A DNA stretch of 64,000 bases from Camelus ferus (taxonomy: Eukaryota), in the NCBI RefSeq assembly GCF_009834535.1, contig NC_045697.1, positions 108,688,001-108,752,000 on the forward strand, written 5' to 3'. The notes beneath the pieces are model-generated. The model did not search any database and was not told where the DNA came from. It saw only the letters and a list, made by a program, of their open reading frames with translations. The first letter of the stretch is position 1; the number at the start of each line of letters is the position of its first letter. The position numbers were made by a program, and so were the translations under genes. Positions 1-11,806 of this stretch are shown one piece after another.

Positions 1-250
1 GGTTTCCTTCAGAGCAGGTGGTGACTGCTCCTTGGCGAGCAAGGAGGAGGCCCAGGCCGGGCAGCCCGCTCGGGCGCGCACCACCCGAAGGTGAGGCATT
101 TGGCCCCAAACAGGCCTTTCAAAAGCCCGACTGAGCGAGAAGTTATCTTTCAGCTTGATCCCAGGCACCTGCTCCGGGGAGCGAGAGCCCCACCCTTTCC
201 CTGGTGTGAGGCGAGACCCAGCGGCCAATAACTTGTGGTCAGACGGAGCA
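1..250 (+). promoter_or_regulatory. Edge of a CpG-island-like region with a putative non-coding first exon ending at 90
   Basis: GC- and CpG-rich (ggccgggcagcccgctcgggcgcgca) compared with the AT-rich, CpG-poor DNA downstream. Strong splice donor AAG|GTGAGG at 90/91. Confidence 0.6.
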
Positions 251-681
251 AATGTTTGATGAATGAATGAATGCCTCCTTCACTCCCGGAGCTCAGAGGA
301 GTTTGATGGAAGTGCAAGCGCTTTGTAAACTGCGTAGCATTGTACAGATGAGAGTTGTAATACATCCCTCTTCCCCCTGTTCTCCACTCCAAAGAAAACA
401 GGGGATGAAGCTTCCGTGAGAAGTCACAACCTGAGTCTTTAGTGAAAGAGGCAGATTGCTGGGACGAGGGAAGGGAGTCATCCTCCCGGAGAGTGGAAGG
501 ATTTTTGACTTTTGCAGGAAGAGAATTTAGTAGTGCCTCCCTTTGAGAAGGCATTCTTGCTTGTGGTTTGGCGCTTTGGAGAACTGATAGATTGTTAATC
601 AGTGTCCATTACCGTCAAGAAAAAAATTTTGGCCTATGTTTCAGATAAATGTTATTACTCTTTACGCAGCTTTTCCTACAG

Positions 682-1793
682 ATGTTATCCTGGAAAGTAA
701 ATTCAAGTAAAAACTCATGAAGTTGAAAGCGTGGTTTTCTAGGAAAAGAAATTTTAAGATAAAAGGACCAGATTCCTCAGAAATCTGTCTCGAACCTGTC
801 CTGGTAAATAATGTGAGACTGAGATCAAAGCAGCAGTGATGAAAGGAAGCAGATTCCACAATTCTGTCTCTGGACCCCGGCACGCCATACGTCCTCTGGA
901 AGCGGCAGTAGCGGATATTGCAAGTCTTTCCAACTCGGAATAAGCAGCAAGTTTTTGCAGACAGATCTGGGGAGTTCAAGGTTTCTGCCACTACTGCCAC
1001 CACATATGCAAATAGTAGACCAAGGAAACCTCTAACTGGATAATTCCAAGGGCTCATTTTTACTGAAATGCTGCAGAAAAAGTGATGGGAGGGGGGAGAC
1101 GGATGTTGCAGAAGCAAGAAGAGACTCAGAAAGTATAACCTGCCCAGCTGCCCTTCATCCAGAGTTCTAAGAGCCAAGTTAGCTGTCCTACTTAAGCTAC
1201 CCTTAATTTGATTTGACTTTTCACGACCAATCCCTGCCATGTCCTTCCAAATAAGACTCACAGGGAATCAGACCAGCAAGCAATGGCCTCACATGGCTAC
1301 AAAATAAATCGTTTTTGATTTTGCCCCTCTTCCTAATTTTTTTATGGAAATTGAAGGAGTAAAATACACAGATTTAGAGGATTCTGTAAAGCTGAGCACC
1401 TCAGCTTTTAAGTTCTGTGGGCTTTGGTGGAAAAGATTGCAAACATCAGAGCTCTGCAGCCCAGCAGAGGATGCCTCCAGAAAAGTGTGACCACTTGGGG
1501 CTCTTCTGCATACTGGTCTGTTTCATTGTCAGTGGCTCCACCCTAGAACCTGGGTGCTGAGAGCCCCTCAGCCACCTACTTAACAAAGCTACAGCTGCGC
1601 TAGTTTACTAGGCAAGATCCACCCACTTCACCACCCAGTATGATAACTGGAGGAAACAGCTGGAACTGATGACTGCAGAGAAGGAAGTTCATACATTTCC
1701 AACTTGGTCAGCATCTCTTTAGTTCTTTTACTTATTAATCCAGAGAAGAAAACAGCTAGTTCATTCAAAATTCAAAAAAATCTGAGGTTTTAG
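682..1793 (+). pseudogene. Large pseudo-exon: RGS22-like N-terminus plus a near-complete RGS-like domain
   Basis: Acceptor ttttcctacag (AG 680-681), ATG at 717, donor TAG|GTAACA at 1793/1794. Translated motifs: ILQVFPTRNKQQVFADRSGEFKV (915-983); LPFIQSS then AKLAVLL (1148-1193, frameshift); MEIEGVKY (1344-1367) plus 5 extra nt then FRGFCKAEHLSF*VLWALVEKIANI (1373-1447); FIVSGSTLE (1522-1548). Confidence 0.65.
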
Positions 1794-2024
1794 GTAACAG
1801 TTCTCTCCCTGGATCATCATTTTATGATAAAGATCCACATACTACATTAGAACATAACAAAAGGATGTTTGTGTAGGATTTTCTCCTACACCAAAAAGTG
1901 AGCTCTTACGAGAAACTATTTAATCCGTTTTTTTATCCCACATCAGTTTTTACTGTCAAAGATTTCATAAGCTGAATTTTCTAGCAAAATTTCTTTCCAG
2001 ATATTCCATCTACAATATTCAACT

Positions 2025-2870
2025 ACTTTTTATTTTTAATTGTGCATTTTTATTGTGAAATAAACCTCAAAATGCATAAGGCAGTTATTCCATATAATGA
2101 ATAATTATAAAAGAAACCTCCGTGTGACCAACCAGATCAAGAAATGGAACACTGCCAGCACCCCAGAAGTCCCCCGGTGACCTTCCTGAACACAACTCTT
2201 TCCCTCCCTTTTAGAGGTAACCATTATTCTAACTTTTGTGATAACCATTTCCTTGTTTTTTTCTCTATTGTTTTATCACAAGCATGCATCCCTAAATCAT
2301 ATATTGTTTGGTTTTGCCCTTTCTTTTGGAACAACATAATATGTAACCTGTTGTGCTTACTACTTTTGCTCAACATCATTTTTAATCCATATGTTGTTTG
2401 GGTTGTTCATATAACTGTAATTTGTTCATATTAATTGCTGCATATTACAGTGTTTCATTGTAGCAATATGCCATAATTTATTTAGCCATTCTATTGTTGA
2501 TGGATATCTGGGTTGTTTCCAGTCTGGGACTCTTACGAACGCTGTTTTAAATATTCTTTATATATGTATTCCATCACATCTATATGAGTTTCTGTATGGT
2601 ATATACCTGGGAGTGGTTATGTGTACTATAAATTTGAATGAATCATGCCAAGCTGCTTTCTGAAGTGTTATACTCACACCAGCTGTGTATGAGCCTCATT
2701 GCTTCACACCCTCAGCCACATTGGTATAGTCAGTCCTTTCAGCTTTGCCAATCTGGTGGGTGTGTAGTAGTAAATCACTGTGGTTTTAACTTGCATTTCC
2801 TTGATTACTGATGCTGTTGAGGACCTTCTCATATGTCAGCTAGCCATTTGGGCTGCTTCTTTTGTGAAGT
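2025..2870 (-). mobile_element. Ancient L1 (L1ME-like) 3' fragment
   Basis: Contains aagatcaagaaatggaacactgccagcaccccagaag and ccattctattgttgatggatatctgggttgtttcc, typical of antisense L1M 3' ends. Confidence 0.8.
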
Positions 2871-3519
2871 GGGTTATCGTTTTCATGCCTAACCTCTAAG
2901 ATGCCCGATTCTCCAATATCCTTTTATAGTCCACATTTGAATAATATATTTCAGGTAAGGTAATGCTACCAGATGAGTTATATTTAAGACACGGTCTTTC
3001 CAAAATAAGAACAATTATCCTGCCTAATTATCTCTTTATCAATTTGATAATAAGCTTCTTAAAAGTAGAACTATGAGACTATATTTTTTACATTCCAAAA
3101 TAATGCTATGCTTTCAATTATTAAATTGTTGCTGGACTCCCTCATGGTGGTTTGGGGTTTGTGACTTGGTTTCCCTCAAAAATGTAAAGTCGATATTTCT
3201 TCTCTTGGAATCTGTGTAACTGAACTCTGTTATTGCTTTGTATTTTATAGGCAACTATGTAACAAACTATTTCACCAGCACAAATTTTTTTTCATTTCCG
3301 AGTTTCATTCATTTTGTAAAAATCATGGTGGCTTTTTCTTTCCCCCTAAAGTTCCTGCTAAAATACATGGTTGGTTGGTTTTTTAATTTCACTCATTAAT
3401 ATTAAATATATACCATTCCTGTCACTACCTGGCACATTTTCTCAACATATTCTATTTGATTGTTTTTATCATTTTATCATTCTTATCTCTCAGTTCTTTG
3501 TTTAAAGTCAGTGATATTT

Positions 3520-3620
3520 TAAGACTGGAGGAAGATGAGACCCAGAGAAATTAAATGACTTACCCAGAGTCAGAAGAGCAAGTAAAAAGGAAACTTGGAG
3601 TGGGCCCCAAGTCTTCAAAT
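3520..3620 (-). mobile_element. MIR fragment
   Basis: gaggaagatgagacccagagaaattaaatgacttacccagagtca matches the MIR core. Confidence 0.65.
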
Positions 3621-3917
3621 AGAGTACACTTAGCATTATATCACACTGACCTCAGTCTCTGGAGCAGTAAGGTAAATTCATTCCCCTGGGCTATTGAATA
3701 TTGTTCACTTCAACATGGCAAACCTCTTATTCCACCACTGGATATGGTTACTTTATTTTAAGCCTAACAGCTTTAGGAGCAGATTAGGACTGATATAAAT
3801 AAAAATAAAAGAATAAAATTTTTGAAGACTAATATAAATAATAGTGCTTAAAAGAGGTTACATGGAACCTGGCTTTTAAAAAAGAAGGTTCCCCCCGCCC
3901 CCTTTCATCCCTTATAG

Positions 3918-4268
3918 CTAGTCTGTCACTAGGCCCCATGGCCTCTTCAGACAATTATCATACTTCTTCAATATCTGAAAAAAAGAGTTACACAAAAGAA
4001 AGCAGTGATTGGTAGTGTCAAATGATGCAGAAAAGGCCTTTGGATTTGATCAGCTCCCTAATAATTCCATAATGCTGTTAAAAATGCTAGAGAATATCAG
4101 AACTTAATGACATTTTCATATACAGGAACAAATCAGTCTAGAAACTTAGCAACCGTGTCATGAGATTGTCCCTTTGTGGCCTTTATCATCATCTAGGTTT
4201 GCAAAAGGAGTGATTCTAAAACTGAATGACAGATGACTACTACTTTTAATAGAAAATAAATTAGTAAG
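3918..4268 (+). pseudogene. Candidate pseudo-exon (linker region)
   Basis: Acceptor cctttcatcccttatag (AG 3916-3917) and donor AAG|GTAACT at 4268/4269. Unique sequence that opens SLSLGPMASSDNYHTSSISEKKSYTKESSDW*. No diagnostic motif. Confidence 0.4.
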
Positions 4269-4644
4269 GTAACTTTGAATTTCTTGTAATATTTGATAAT
4301 TTAACTGTATAAAGTTTCAGAAGAAGCCTTGATTTGGTTTTATCATTAATAGTCACTAAATATTTTTATCTAATAAAATCTAGCAGTTATTTTTAAAATA
4401 AAATACTGAGTGAAAACCACCTTAAAGAAAAGAACTTCATAAAAACATTAAGGTAGGCTTAGATATAACTTAGCTCTGAAAAGCAAAGTTTTCTAAATGT
4501 TTTGGCTTGAAATTCAAAGTTGAGTTATTGAATTAACAGTCAGTAGTTGCCAGAGGTACTAGATACATAAACACTATTTGTATTTTTTTGTCTTCCAAAA
4601 AGCAGTGATACGTAGAAAACATAAGGATTTTCACAGTTACTTCA

Positions 4645-4765
4645 CCATTCAGTGAAAAGAAATTTACTTATCACCCACTATTTCTTAGCACTGAACTAAG
4701 TGCTGGACATATAATGGTGAAAAGAATGATGTCCCTGGCTTCATGGAGTTTACAGTCTAGTCCAG
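4645..4765 (-). mobile_element. L2 3' fragment
   Basis: gcactgaactaagtgctgg ... ccctggcttcatggagtttacagtctag. Confidence 0.65.
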
Positions 4766-4924
4766 TATGTCCCAGGCTTAATACTTGACCCCAGCTACTA
4801 CCATCTACTATTCGATCTATATTCTGCATAATCATCTGGTGAATAAATGGGTGGCTGCTTTGTTCTGTTGATAAGCAAATAAATGATCACATGCTGGAAA
4901 CCATCGATCCGATTGTCATTTTTC

Positions 4925-5710
4925 AGATTTTCATTATGACAATTTTTAAAAATACAGAAAAATTGAAAGAATAATTTGTGTTCATACACTTTTCATCTAG
5001 ATTTGGTCATTGTTAACATTTTGCTGTTTGCTTTATGTATTTTTCTGAACCATTTGAAACTAAGTTGCAGGCATCATGATGCTTCATCTTTTTTCTTAGG
5101 TGATACTTTAGCAGGGATCACTTAAGAAGAAGGATATACCTAACTCCAACCTTTAGTAGACCTGAAAAAATTAACAAAAATCTATATCTGAATTTAATTC
5201 ACATTTAAATTCCCCTATACAAAATAAACAGCAGGGTCCTACTGTATACACAGGGTACTATATTCAGTAGCTTATAATAACCTGTAATGAAAAAGAATAT
5301 ATATGTATAGTTGAGTCACTGTGCTATACCCTAGAAACTAAAACAACATTGTAAATCAACTGTACGTCAATTTAAAAAATAAAAATAAATTTCCCTAATT
5401 GTCTCAACATTCTTTTTACAGCTTTAGAGGGATATAATTGACAAATAACATTGTGTAAGTTTAAGGTGTACCACATGATGATTTGATATGCCTATGTATT
5501 GTGAAATGATTACCACAATAAGGTTAGTTGGCAAACCCATCACCTCACATAGTTACCTTTGTGTGTGTGTTTTCGGCGTGGTAAGAGGGCAGGCGAAACA
5601 TCATTTAAGATCTACTCTCTTAGCAATTTTCATGCGTAAAATCCCAACAATATTTTTGATAGCTTGTGTCCTCCCCCAACCTGGATCCAATCAAGGTTCA
5701 CAGATTGCAT
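4925..5710 (-). mobile_element. L1MC-like 3' fragment interrupted by two younger L1 ends
   Basis: aatacagaaaaattgaaagaat ... ctgaaccatttgaaactaagttgcaggcatcatg ... ggatccaatcaaggttcacagattgcatt. Includes an L1MA-like minus insert at about 5420-5630. Confidence 0.7.
5218..5385 (+). mobile_element. Cetartiodactyl-type L1 3' end, 5'-truncated
   Basis: gtcctactgtatacacaggg ... acaacattgtaaatcaactgtac, A-tail. TSD taaattccccta (5206-5217) / taaatttcccta (5386-5397). Confidence 0.8.
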
Positions 5711-5730
5711 TCTTCAATCATATTAGGAGA

Positions 5731-5855
5731 GGGGAGGGTATAGCTTAGTGGTAGAGCATATGCTCAGCATGCACAAGGTCCTAGATTCAATCCTCAGTAC
5801 CTCCATTTTAAAAAAAATTAGTAAATAAACCTAATTACCTCTCCCCTAAAAAAAT
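5731..5855 (+). mobile_element. tRNA-Ala-derived SINE (camelid Vic-1-like)
   Basis: ggggagggtatagcttagtggtagagc head with A/B-box remnants, and aaataaacctaattacctc tail shared with the other copies. Confidence 0.9.
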
Positions 5856-6469
5856 TTTAATATAAATATTTTTAGGGAAACTAAAAACTGGACTCTTCAA
5901 TACTGTTTGGAAATAATTCCTTTACATTATATCATTTCTTTTTTTTTCTTATAAGTCTAAGAGCATTATGTATTTTTAGTAAGGGATGATCTTTTCTCCA
6001 GTAGCTTTTTCTCAGCCTTTGACTCAATGCAGCTTTAATAGTTGGGGGAATCACTCACTGAGGTACTGAGCACTCCCTTATTTTCCAAAAGGAACCTATA
6101 AATTTTCTTCACCTTTGCCCCACCATGCTTCCCCTAGAAGGCTCTGATCTTTCTCCCAGCCAAACTCTTATTACCTCTTTGTCCTTTCTAGGAACCCTTT
6201 CAAGAGCATCTAACTCACAATTCTTATTTTCTTTTATTCTCCACCCATCTTTCAGGCTACCACCTCTGCTTAACTCTACCGGAATCTGCACCTGATTTCC
6301 TTTACTGAAACTCTGTCGCTAGGAGTCCTTCGCACCAGAACCCACCACCACTGCAACCTGCCACCACTAATGTGTACTTAGCTGATTCCAAAGGAAGGAA
6401 AGGACATACTTCAAGAATCTAGAATATAAAGTTATTTCATTTAATCTTCACAAAACCTTGCAAAGTAGG

Positions 6470-6790
6470 TGCAAGATGCCCACGTTCTTTTTTCCTCTTC
6501 CTGGCCACAAAGGAAGACTTTATTTCCCAGCCTCCCTCGTACTTAGGCTAGAGCCATGTGATTAGTCTGGCCAGCAGAATGTGGGCAGAAGTACGTCATG
6601 GCCAGGCTTGATCCCTAAAGTTTCCCATGAGATAATCAGCTCCCCTATCTACAAGGCTTAGAAGCAAAGGATGTTCAGATATTGGATCACATGCTAGGAG
6701 TCCAGATTCCTTAGTTGCTACTTGGAGAAATGCTATCTGACCTAAATCGGTGAACAGAGCAAAACATACAAAGTTAAGTTGCTAAGTTTA
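6470..6790 (+). mobile_element. MaLR LTR (MLT1 family)
   Basis: tttcccagcctccct ... gccatgtgattagtctggccagcagaatgtgggcagaagt. Confidence 0.7.
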
Positions 6791-6927
6791 ATACCAATTT
6801 TTCATTTAGAAACATAAAGTATAGCAAGTCATTATGTTAGTATTCTAGTCGAATGAGGTTGAGTTACATAAGCTTTTGTGACCTGTCCATGAGAATGCAA
6901 CCCCTTTTTGTTATATTGTCTTTATAG

Positions 6928-7219
6928 AAATGAGAGTTCTGAATTCTAATCCAAACTATAAAAGAACTTTTAGGGAAAAGAAAACCCCTAGGGCTCGACC
7001 CTTCTGTGAAAGTACCACATATTAGAACATTGGCACCCTCCAGATATTTGTCCAAGGTTTCCATTTCAACAAATCGGCTTCCATTTCAGGGATGAAGATA
7101 TCCTCATGTTCTCCAGCCTTTCATTCCAGCATGGATGTTTCTTTTAATAACCGAATAAAATCTTATGACCTACCATCTTACATGCTATGAGAAGTTCAGA
7201 GCCAGCTCCCTCCACTGTG
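6928..7219 (+). pseudogene. Pseudo-exon: C-terminal half of an RGS-like domain
   Basis: Acceptor ttgtctttatag (AG 6926-6927). One frame reads K*EF*ILIQTIKELLGKRKPLGLDPSVKVPHIRTLAPSRYLSKVSISTNRLPFQG*RYPHVLQPFIPAWMFLLITE*. The 3' boundary is approximate. Confidence 0.5.
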
Positions 7220-7634
7220 GGTGGCATCTTCAAATTATTTTAAAGCCTGCCCCACACTGGACACTACTATTTCATTTCATCAACATAAGGCTGTTCTACA
7301 TAGCGGACTTTTAGGTTGAAGGGTAACAAATGATTATTCTAGTTTAAGAACCAACTTATAACGCAGGAAACAACTTCAAAATCAACATCAGTTACAACTT
7401 TTCCTAGAGCTATTGGCCAGTTGGGACCTTAGAGCATTTCTCCCGTATTACATCTTTCCTTAGGTCTCTTCCAATCACACTGTATTTGCTACTCTAGCCC
7501 CCACAGCCTGTTCACATCTCTCCAGAGAAGTCTCCTTAAATACAAGATTATTTTTACTTAACTAAACAAACAATTCAACTGTCTTGGGTCTCCAGGCCAC
7601 CTCTGACAAAAGCCCATCAAACTCGCCATTAATA

Positions 7635-8120
7635 CTGTATACAGATGCAAATAACAGAAAACCCAACTGGCATAAACATGTAGAGGGTTTACTGTTTCTC
7701 TTAATTAAAAACTCCACTAGCAGGGAGTCCAAAGTTGGCGCAGCAGCTCAGTAAGGCCATCAAGTACCCGGGCTGTTTTTCTTCCCTTGCCACCATTGCC
7801 ATCCATGTCGTGTTGATTTTTATCATCAAGCCTGTTGCCTAATGAGGCAGCATTTCCTCCAGAATCACATCCAGACTGCAGACCGGGAAGAAGGGGAAAG
7901 GGTGATGCCCATGGGAGGAAAAGCTGATCCTTCTCCCCATGTTTCCAGCACACTTCTCTTTAGGTCTCGTTGATAGAGGTGTCTGAGGGCCACAGCTAGA
8001 TCTAAAGAAGGCTGAGGACTGTTCTAGCTGGGCATTGTTGCCCAAAGTGAGGTTGGCGTTCTGTAACTAAGGAAGGCAGGAAGAATAGACAAGGAGTAGA
8101 AAATTAACAGGGTCTGACAT
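7635..8120 (-). mobile_element. MaLR LTR (MLT1J/K-like)
   Basis: gcaaataacagaaaacccaact ... gcagcagctcagtaaggccatcaag. Confidence 0.7.
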
Positions 8121-8124
8121 GCTT

Positions 8125-8507
8125 TGTGTTAGTCTGTTCTGACTGCTGTAACAATTTACCATAGACTAGGTGGCTTACAAACAACAGAAATTTATTCCCC
8201 ACAGTTCTGGAGGCTGGAAGTCTGAGATCAGGGTGGCAGCATGGCCAGGTAGAGCCTTTGTCCAGGTTGCAGACTGCTGACTTCTCACTGTGTCCTCATG
8301 TGATGGAGAGCAGAGGGCAGCAATCTCTCTCCTAACTCTTATAAGGTCACTAATCCCATTCAGGAGAGCTCCATCTTCATGACCTCATCCAATTTTGATC
8401 ACCTCCCAAAGGCCTCACCTCTTAATACCATTTAGCACCTTACAAGAGGGAAAAGGCAGAGGAGGGACAGAATAGGATTTCAACATGTGAACATTCAGTC
8501 CATAACG
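8125..8507 (-). mobile_element. MaLR LTR (MLT1A-like)
   Basis: tgtgttagtctg ... aaacaacagaaatttattccccacagttctggaggctggaagtc ... aacattcagtccataac. Confidence 0.85.
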
Positions 8508-9752
8508 CCCTAAAAGATGTTTTTCTTAAGAAGCACATCTACCCCAGAGATGAAATGCCAGTGTTATAAACCACAGACATTTCTACCATAGTTTTTGTTT
8601 TAAATAGCAATTTCCCCAATGCTTGGCATGCAAATATCAGTAATACCTAGAACTTTCTTTTTGGCTTCTTAAAGTTTAAAACTTCTAGCTATGTAATTCC
8701 AGGATCATTTTTAATAAATTAATTTGTGATCTCTAGATGACTGGATTTTAATTTCTTACATTATCATTGCAAAACACATCATATTAGTGACATTTTAAGC
8801 TCTTTTTTTAGACCCATGTGTAAGAATGATGATTAATTTCCCTTTTACAACCACAAATTATTTTTATTTAGTTTAAAACAATCTGAAACTTACAGAAGAT
8901 TAGTACAGTATAAAGAACTTTTTTATCTTGAACCCTTATTTGGGAATGTGTTACTAACCTGATGCCCCGACACCCCCAAATACTTAACAGGGTGCTTCGG
9001 TCACTCTCCCGCATACATAATCACAACACAGCCATCAAAATCAGGAAGTAAACATGGATCATTCATATTACCCAATCCTGAGACCTTTATTAAATTTCAT
9101 CAGTTGTCCCAGTAATATCCTTTATAGCAAAAAAAAAAAAAAAAAAAAAAGATACCCTTCAGAATGTGTATTGCATTTAATTGTCACATCTCTTTAGTGT
9201 CCTTTAGTCAGAAATGCTTCTTTAGTCTTTCTTTGATTTTCATGACCTTGATACTTTTGAAGATTGCAGCTAGTTGTTTTATGGAATATCCTTCCAAAAA
9301 ACGCTGTTTCAAATTGTCCCATTACTGATGTTGTACACTTTAATCTCTTGATTAAAATGGTGCCTGCCAGGCTTCTCCACAGTGAAAGAACTCCAAAATA
9401 AAGTTACTATTTTTTCCATTTGGAATTAACAGGTATTACTTTTGTAATGAAACACTTTAGATCTAAATAAATATCTTATTCCTTTTCAAGCTTTCGTTTT
9501 ACTCTTATTTATATCAATATGGGCTCATGGTTTCCTATTTTGCTCAGGAGGTTATAATCTGTTATGTTATTATTTATTTTGATGCTTACATTGTCCCTTT
9601 TTTGGCCATTGGGAACCCCTTCAAATTGGCTCTTGTGTCGTTCTGTCCCATCAGTCGATGAGTATTTTCTTTTTTTCTAGCACAACAGAATGTTCCAGGC
9701 TCATGTTGTCCTTCCCTGCCCCAGTGTTGCAAGTGGTCATTTCTCCCAGGAA

Positions 9753-9901
9753 TAGGGTTACCAAATAAAGTAGAGGTTAATCAGTTAAATATGAATTTCA
9801 GGTAAATAATGAATAAATATTTAGTGGAGTCATGTCCCATGCAATAATTTCTTGTCTACTAAATATTTGCTGTATTTTTATATGCTTAATTTTGCACCCT
9901 A
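9753..9901. mobile_element. MER53-like hAT MITE with an internal deletion
   Basis: Termini tagggtt ... acccta; internal cagttaaatatgaatttcaggtaaataatgaataa and tgtcccatgcaata. Confidence 0.7.
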
Positions 9902-10230
9902 CCAAAAGCCCTGGTTCCTTTACATGGCACATGGTATATAGAATCCACAACTTGAGGAGGTCTGCTGGTTGGAGTTTGAATTCACAGCTCTCGGGCTTCC
10001 CTTGACGGATGGAGCTAGGGAACACATAACACACACACACATACACATTTACGTCTGTATGTCAATATTGATGCCATATAGATATAGATACATTGCAATC
10101 TATGAGTTCACACTGGTAACTTCTAATTCTAATCCTGAAGGTATACTCCAGTTTTCCCTTTCCATGTTTATGGCTTCATTCTCCAACAGTGAGAATCCTG
10201 GCTCTCATTACCCTTAATATATTTACTTAT

Positions 10231-10370
10231 TTTGGGTAGGGGTGGGTAATTAGGTTTATTTATTTGTTTGTTTATTTTTAAACTGTTTTTTTTAGCAGAG
10301 GTACTGGGGATTGAACCCAGGATCTCGTTCATGCTAAACACAAACTCTACCACTGATCTACACCCTCCCC
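10231..10370 (-). mobile_element. tRNA-Ala-derived SINE
   Basis: Reverse-complement copy. 20-bp TSD cccttaatatatttacttat (10211-10230) / cccttattatatttacttat (10371-10390). Confidence 0.9.
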
Positions 10371-11039
10371 CCCTTATTATATTTACTTATCTGATCAGTC
10401 CCTTAGCATATAATCAAACCTGCACCACTGTCCCTGCCCCCTTCCCATGAGGATGCCCTGCCTGTACTCAGACCCCGGTGCCCTGACATCCACACAGGTC
10501 AACACTCTCTCACCCGCCTCAACACAGGCCACCCCACACCCTTCACCTTGTTTGGGATCTGTGTTGTTCCCCACCCCGCCCTGCACAGATCCTTGCCTCT
10601 CCCTGCACAGGCTTTGTACCACATGCGGGGCCATCCTCCGTGTGACTCCACATATGTCCTTCACCCGTGTGTACACCCTCCTCACCTTGCTCTAAGCACA
10701 AATGTCTTCAGATGTGATACTTAAGTAAGAAATGTTTTATTACTCTTCTTATTCATAACATTCATAACATTTTACTCATAAGGTTTTCAATGTAAAAGAG
10801 GCTTTGACAGAGGCAACTAGAAAAATAGGGATATTTTTATTCATTTGCATTGAGCTGATACTAACCATTACTTATTGACTAATAATAAAAACCCAAGAGA
10901 AATCAAAATTAGAAATGTAAAAATAAAAAAGACTCAATGTCCCCACCCAAAAATGAGAATGTTAACAACCACTTACATAAATTAAAAATAAATGAAAATA
11001 AATGTTCCTTTAAAAAAAAGTGTAGACTATGGTTTAAAA

Positions 11040-11480
11040 ACCTGTGTTTGTCTCCACTTCCTCTCAAAAGCCCTGAAAATAATAGTAAAGGAATAAAAAA
11101 AAGCATAAAAAGTACGAAGAGAACAGGAGACAAAATGACAGCAGAGAGGAGATGTCAGGAAATTCTAGAAGATAGAAAGTAGATAGACAAAGAGTAACTA
11201 AGGAAAAATGGAGCGAAACCTAAGTTCCTGCAGCAGAGTGTCCAGCGATAACCAGCTAATCCCTCATGTGAAACCCTAGAAAATGTCAAAAATGGAAGTC
11301 ACTAGTCACCCCTGAAGGCATGGGCGCAGGGTAAAGTGGAAAAAGGCTTTTTCTTATGAATGGACAGCCAAGGATCACCAGACATTTGAGGAAAGTCTAA
11401 TATGAAAGCAAAAAAGAAATGAACCTGGAGAAAACTGAGACAATACGGAAAAAAGAAAATTATCACAGATTGTGATAAAA
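11040..11480 (+). mobile_element. Ancient L1/HAL1 5'-region-like fragment
   Basis: A-rich tract with agccaaggatcaccagacatttgaggaaag. Confidence 0.5.
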
Positions 11481-11507
11481 TTGTAAGAGGAAAGGCGTGG
11501 GATAGTG

Positions 11508-11508
<1 letters not shown>

Positions 11509-11558
<50 letters not shown>
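11509..11558. repeat. (TG)25 microsatellite
   Basis: Perfect TG run read directly from the sequence. Confidence 0.98.
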
Positions 11559-11559
<1 letters not shown>

Positions 11560-11743
11560 ACATAGATAATTAAACCTCATCTTTAATAACAGAAACTTCA
11601 TAGATGATGTCTTGGTTTGAAAAATCATGACATCTATATCAGCATGTTATTTAGATGCAGATATGAAGGGGAAAAACACCTAAAGACTTGAAAATGGTTG
11701 CCTCTCAGGAAGCCACATTAGATGAGGGAAAGGCAGGTGAATT

Positions 11744-11806
11744 TCTCTCTCTCTCTCACACGCACACACACACACACACACACACTTTCCCCCCCCCCCC
11801 TCTCTC
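11744..11806. repeat. Compound (CT)n(CA)n plus poly-C tract
   Basis: Read directly from the sequence. Confidence 0.9.

Larger units (their letters stand above)
8860..10695 (-). mobile_element. L1MC4-like 3' region with nested MER53 and SINE
   Basis: gtgcctgccaggcttctccac, tttggccattgggaaccccttcaaattggctc, tgttccaggctcatgttg, and the C-rich ctcctcacc-type repeats at 10440-10690. Confidence 0.75.

Noticed and set aside
662..1261. 199-aa minus-strand ORF
   Set aside because: It is rich in S/L/F/C with no recognisable domain. It is best explained as the antisense shadow of the + strand pseudo-exon, whose splice signals and motifs are on +.
6257..6430. Additional pseudo-exon candidates here and at about 2930-2954, 20014-20151 and 20217-20286
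   Set aside because: Splice-like ends exist, but the translations are not diagnostic enough to list without an ortholog alignment.
9753..9901. MER53-derived miRNA hairpin (miR-1302 type)
   Set aside because: Most of the right arm is deleted, so the long palindrome needed for a precursor is missing.
11302..11628. His-Thr repeat proteins here and at 25212-25400
   Set aside because: These are translations of (CA)n/(TG)n microsatellites.
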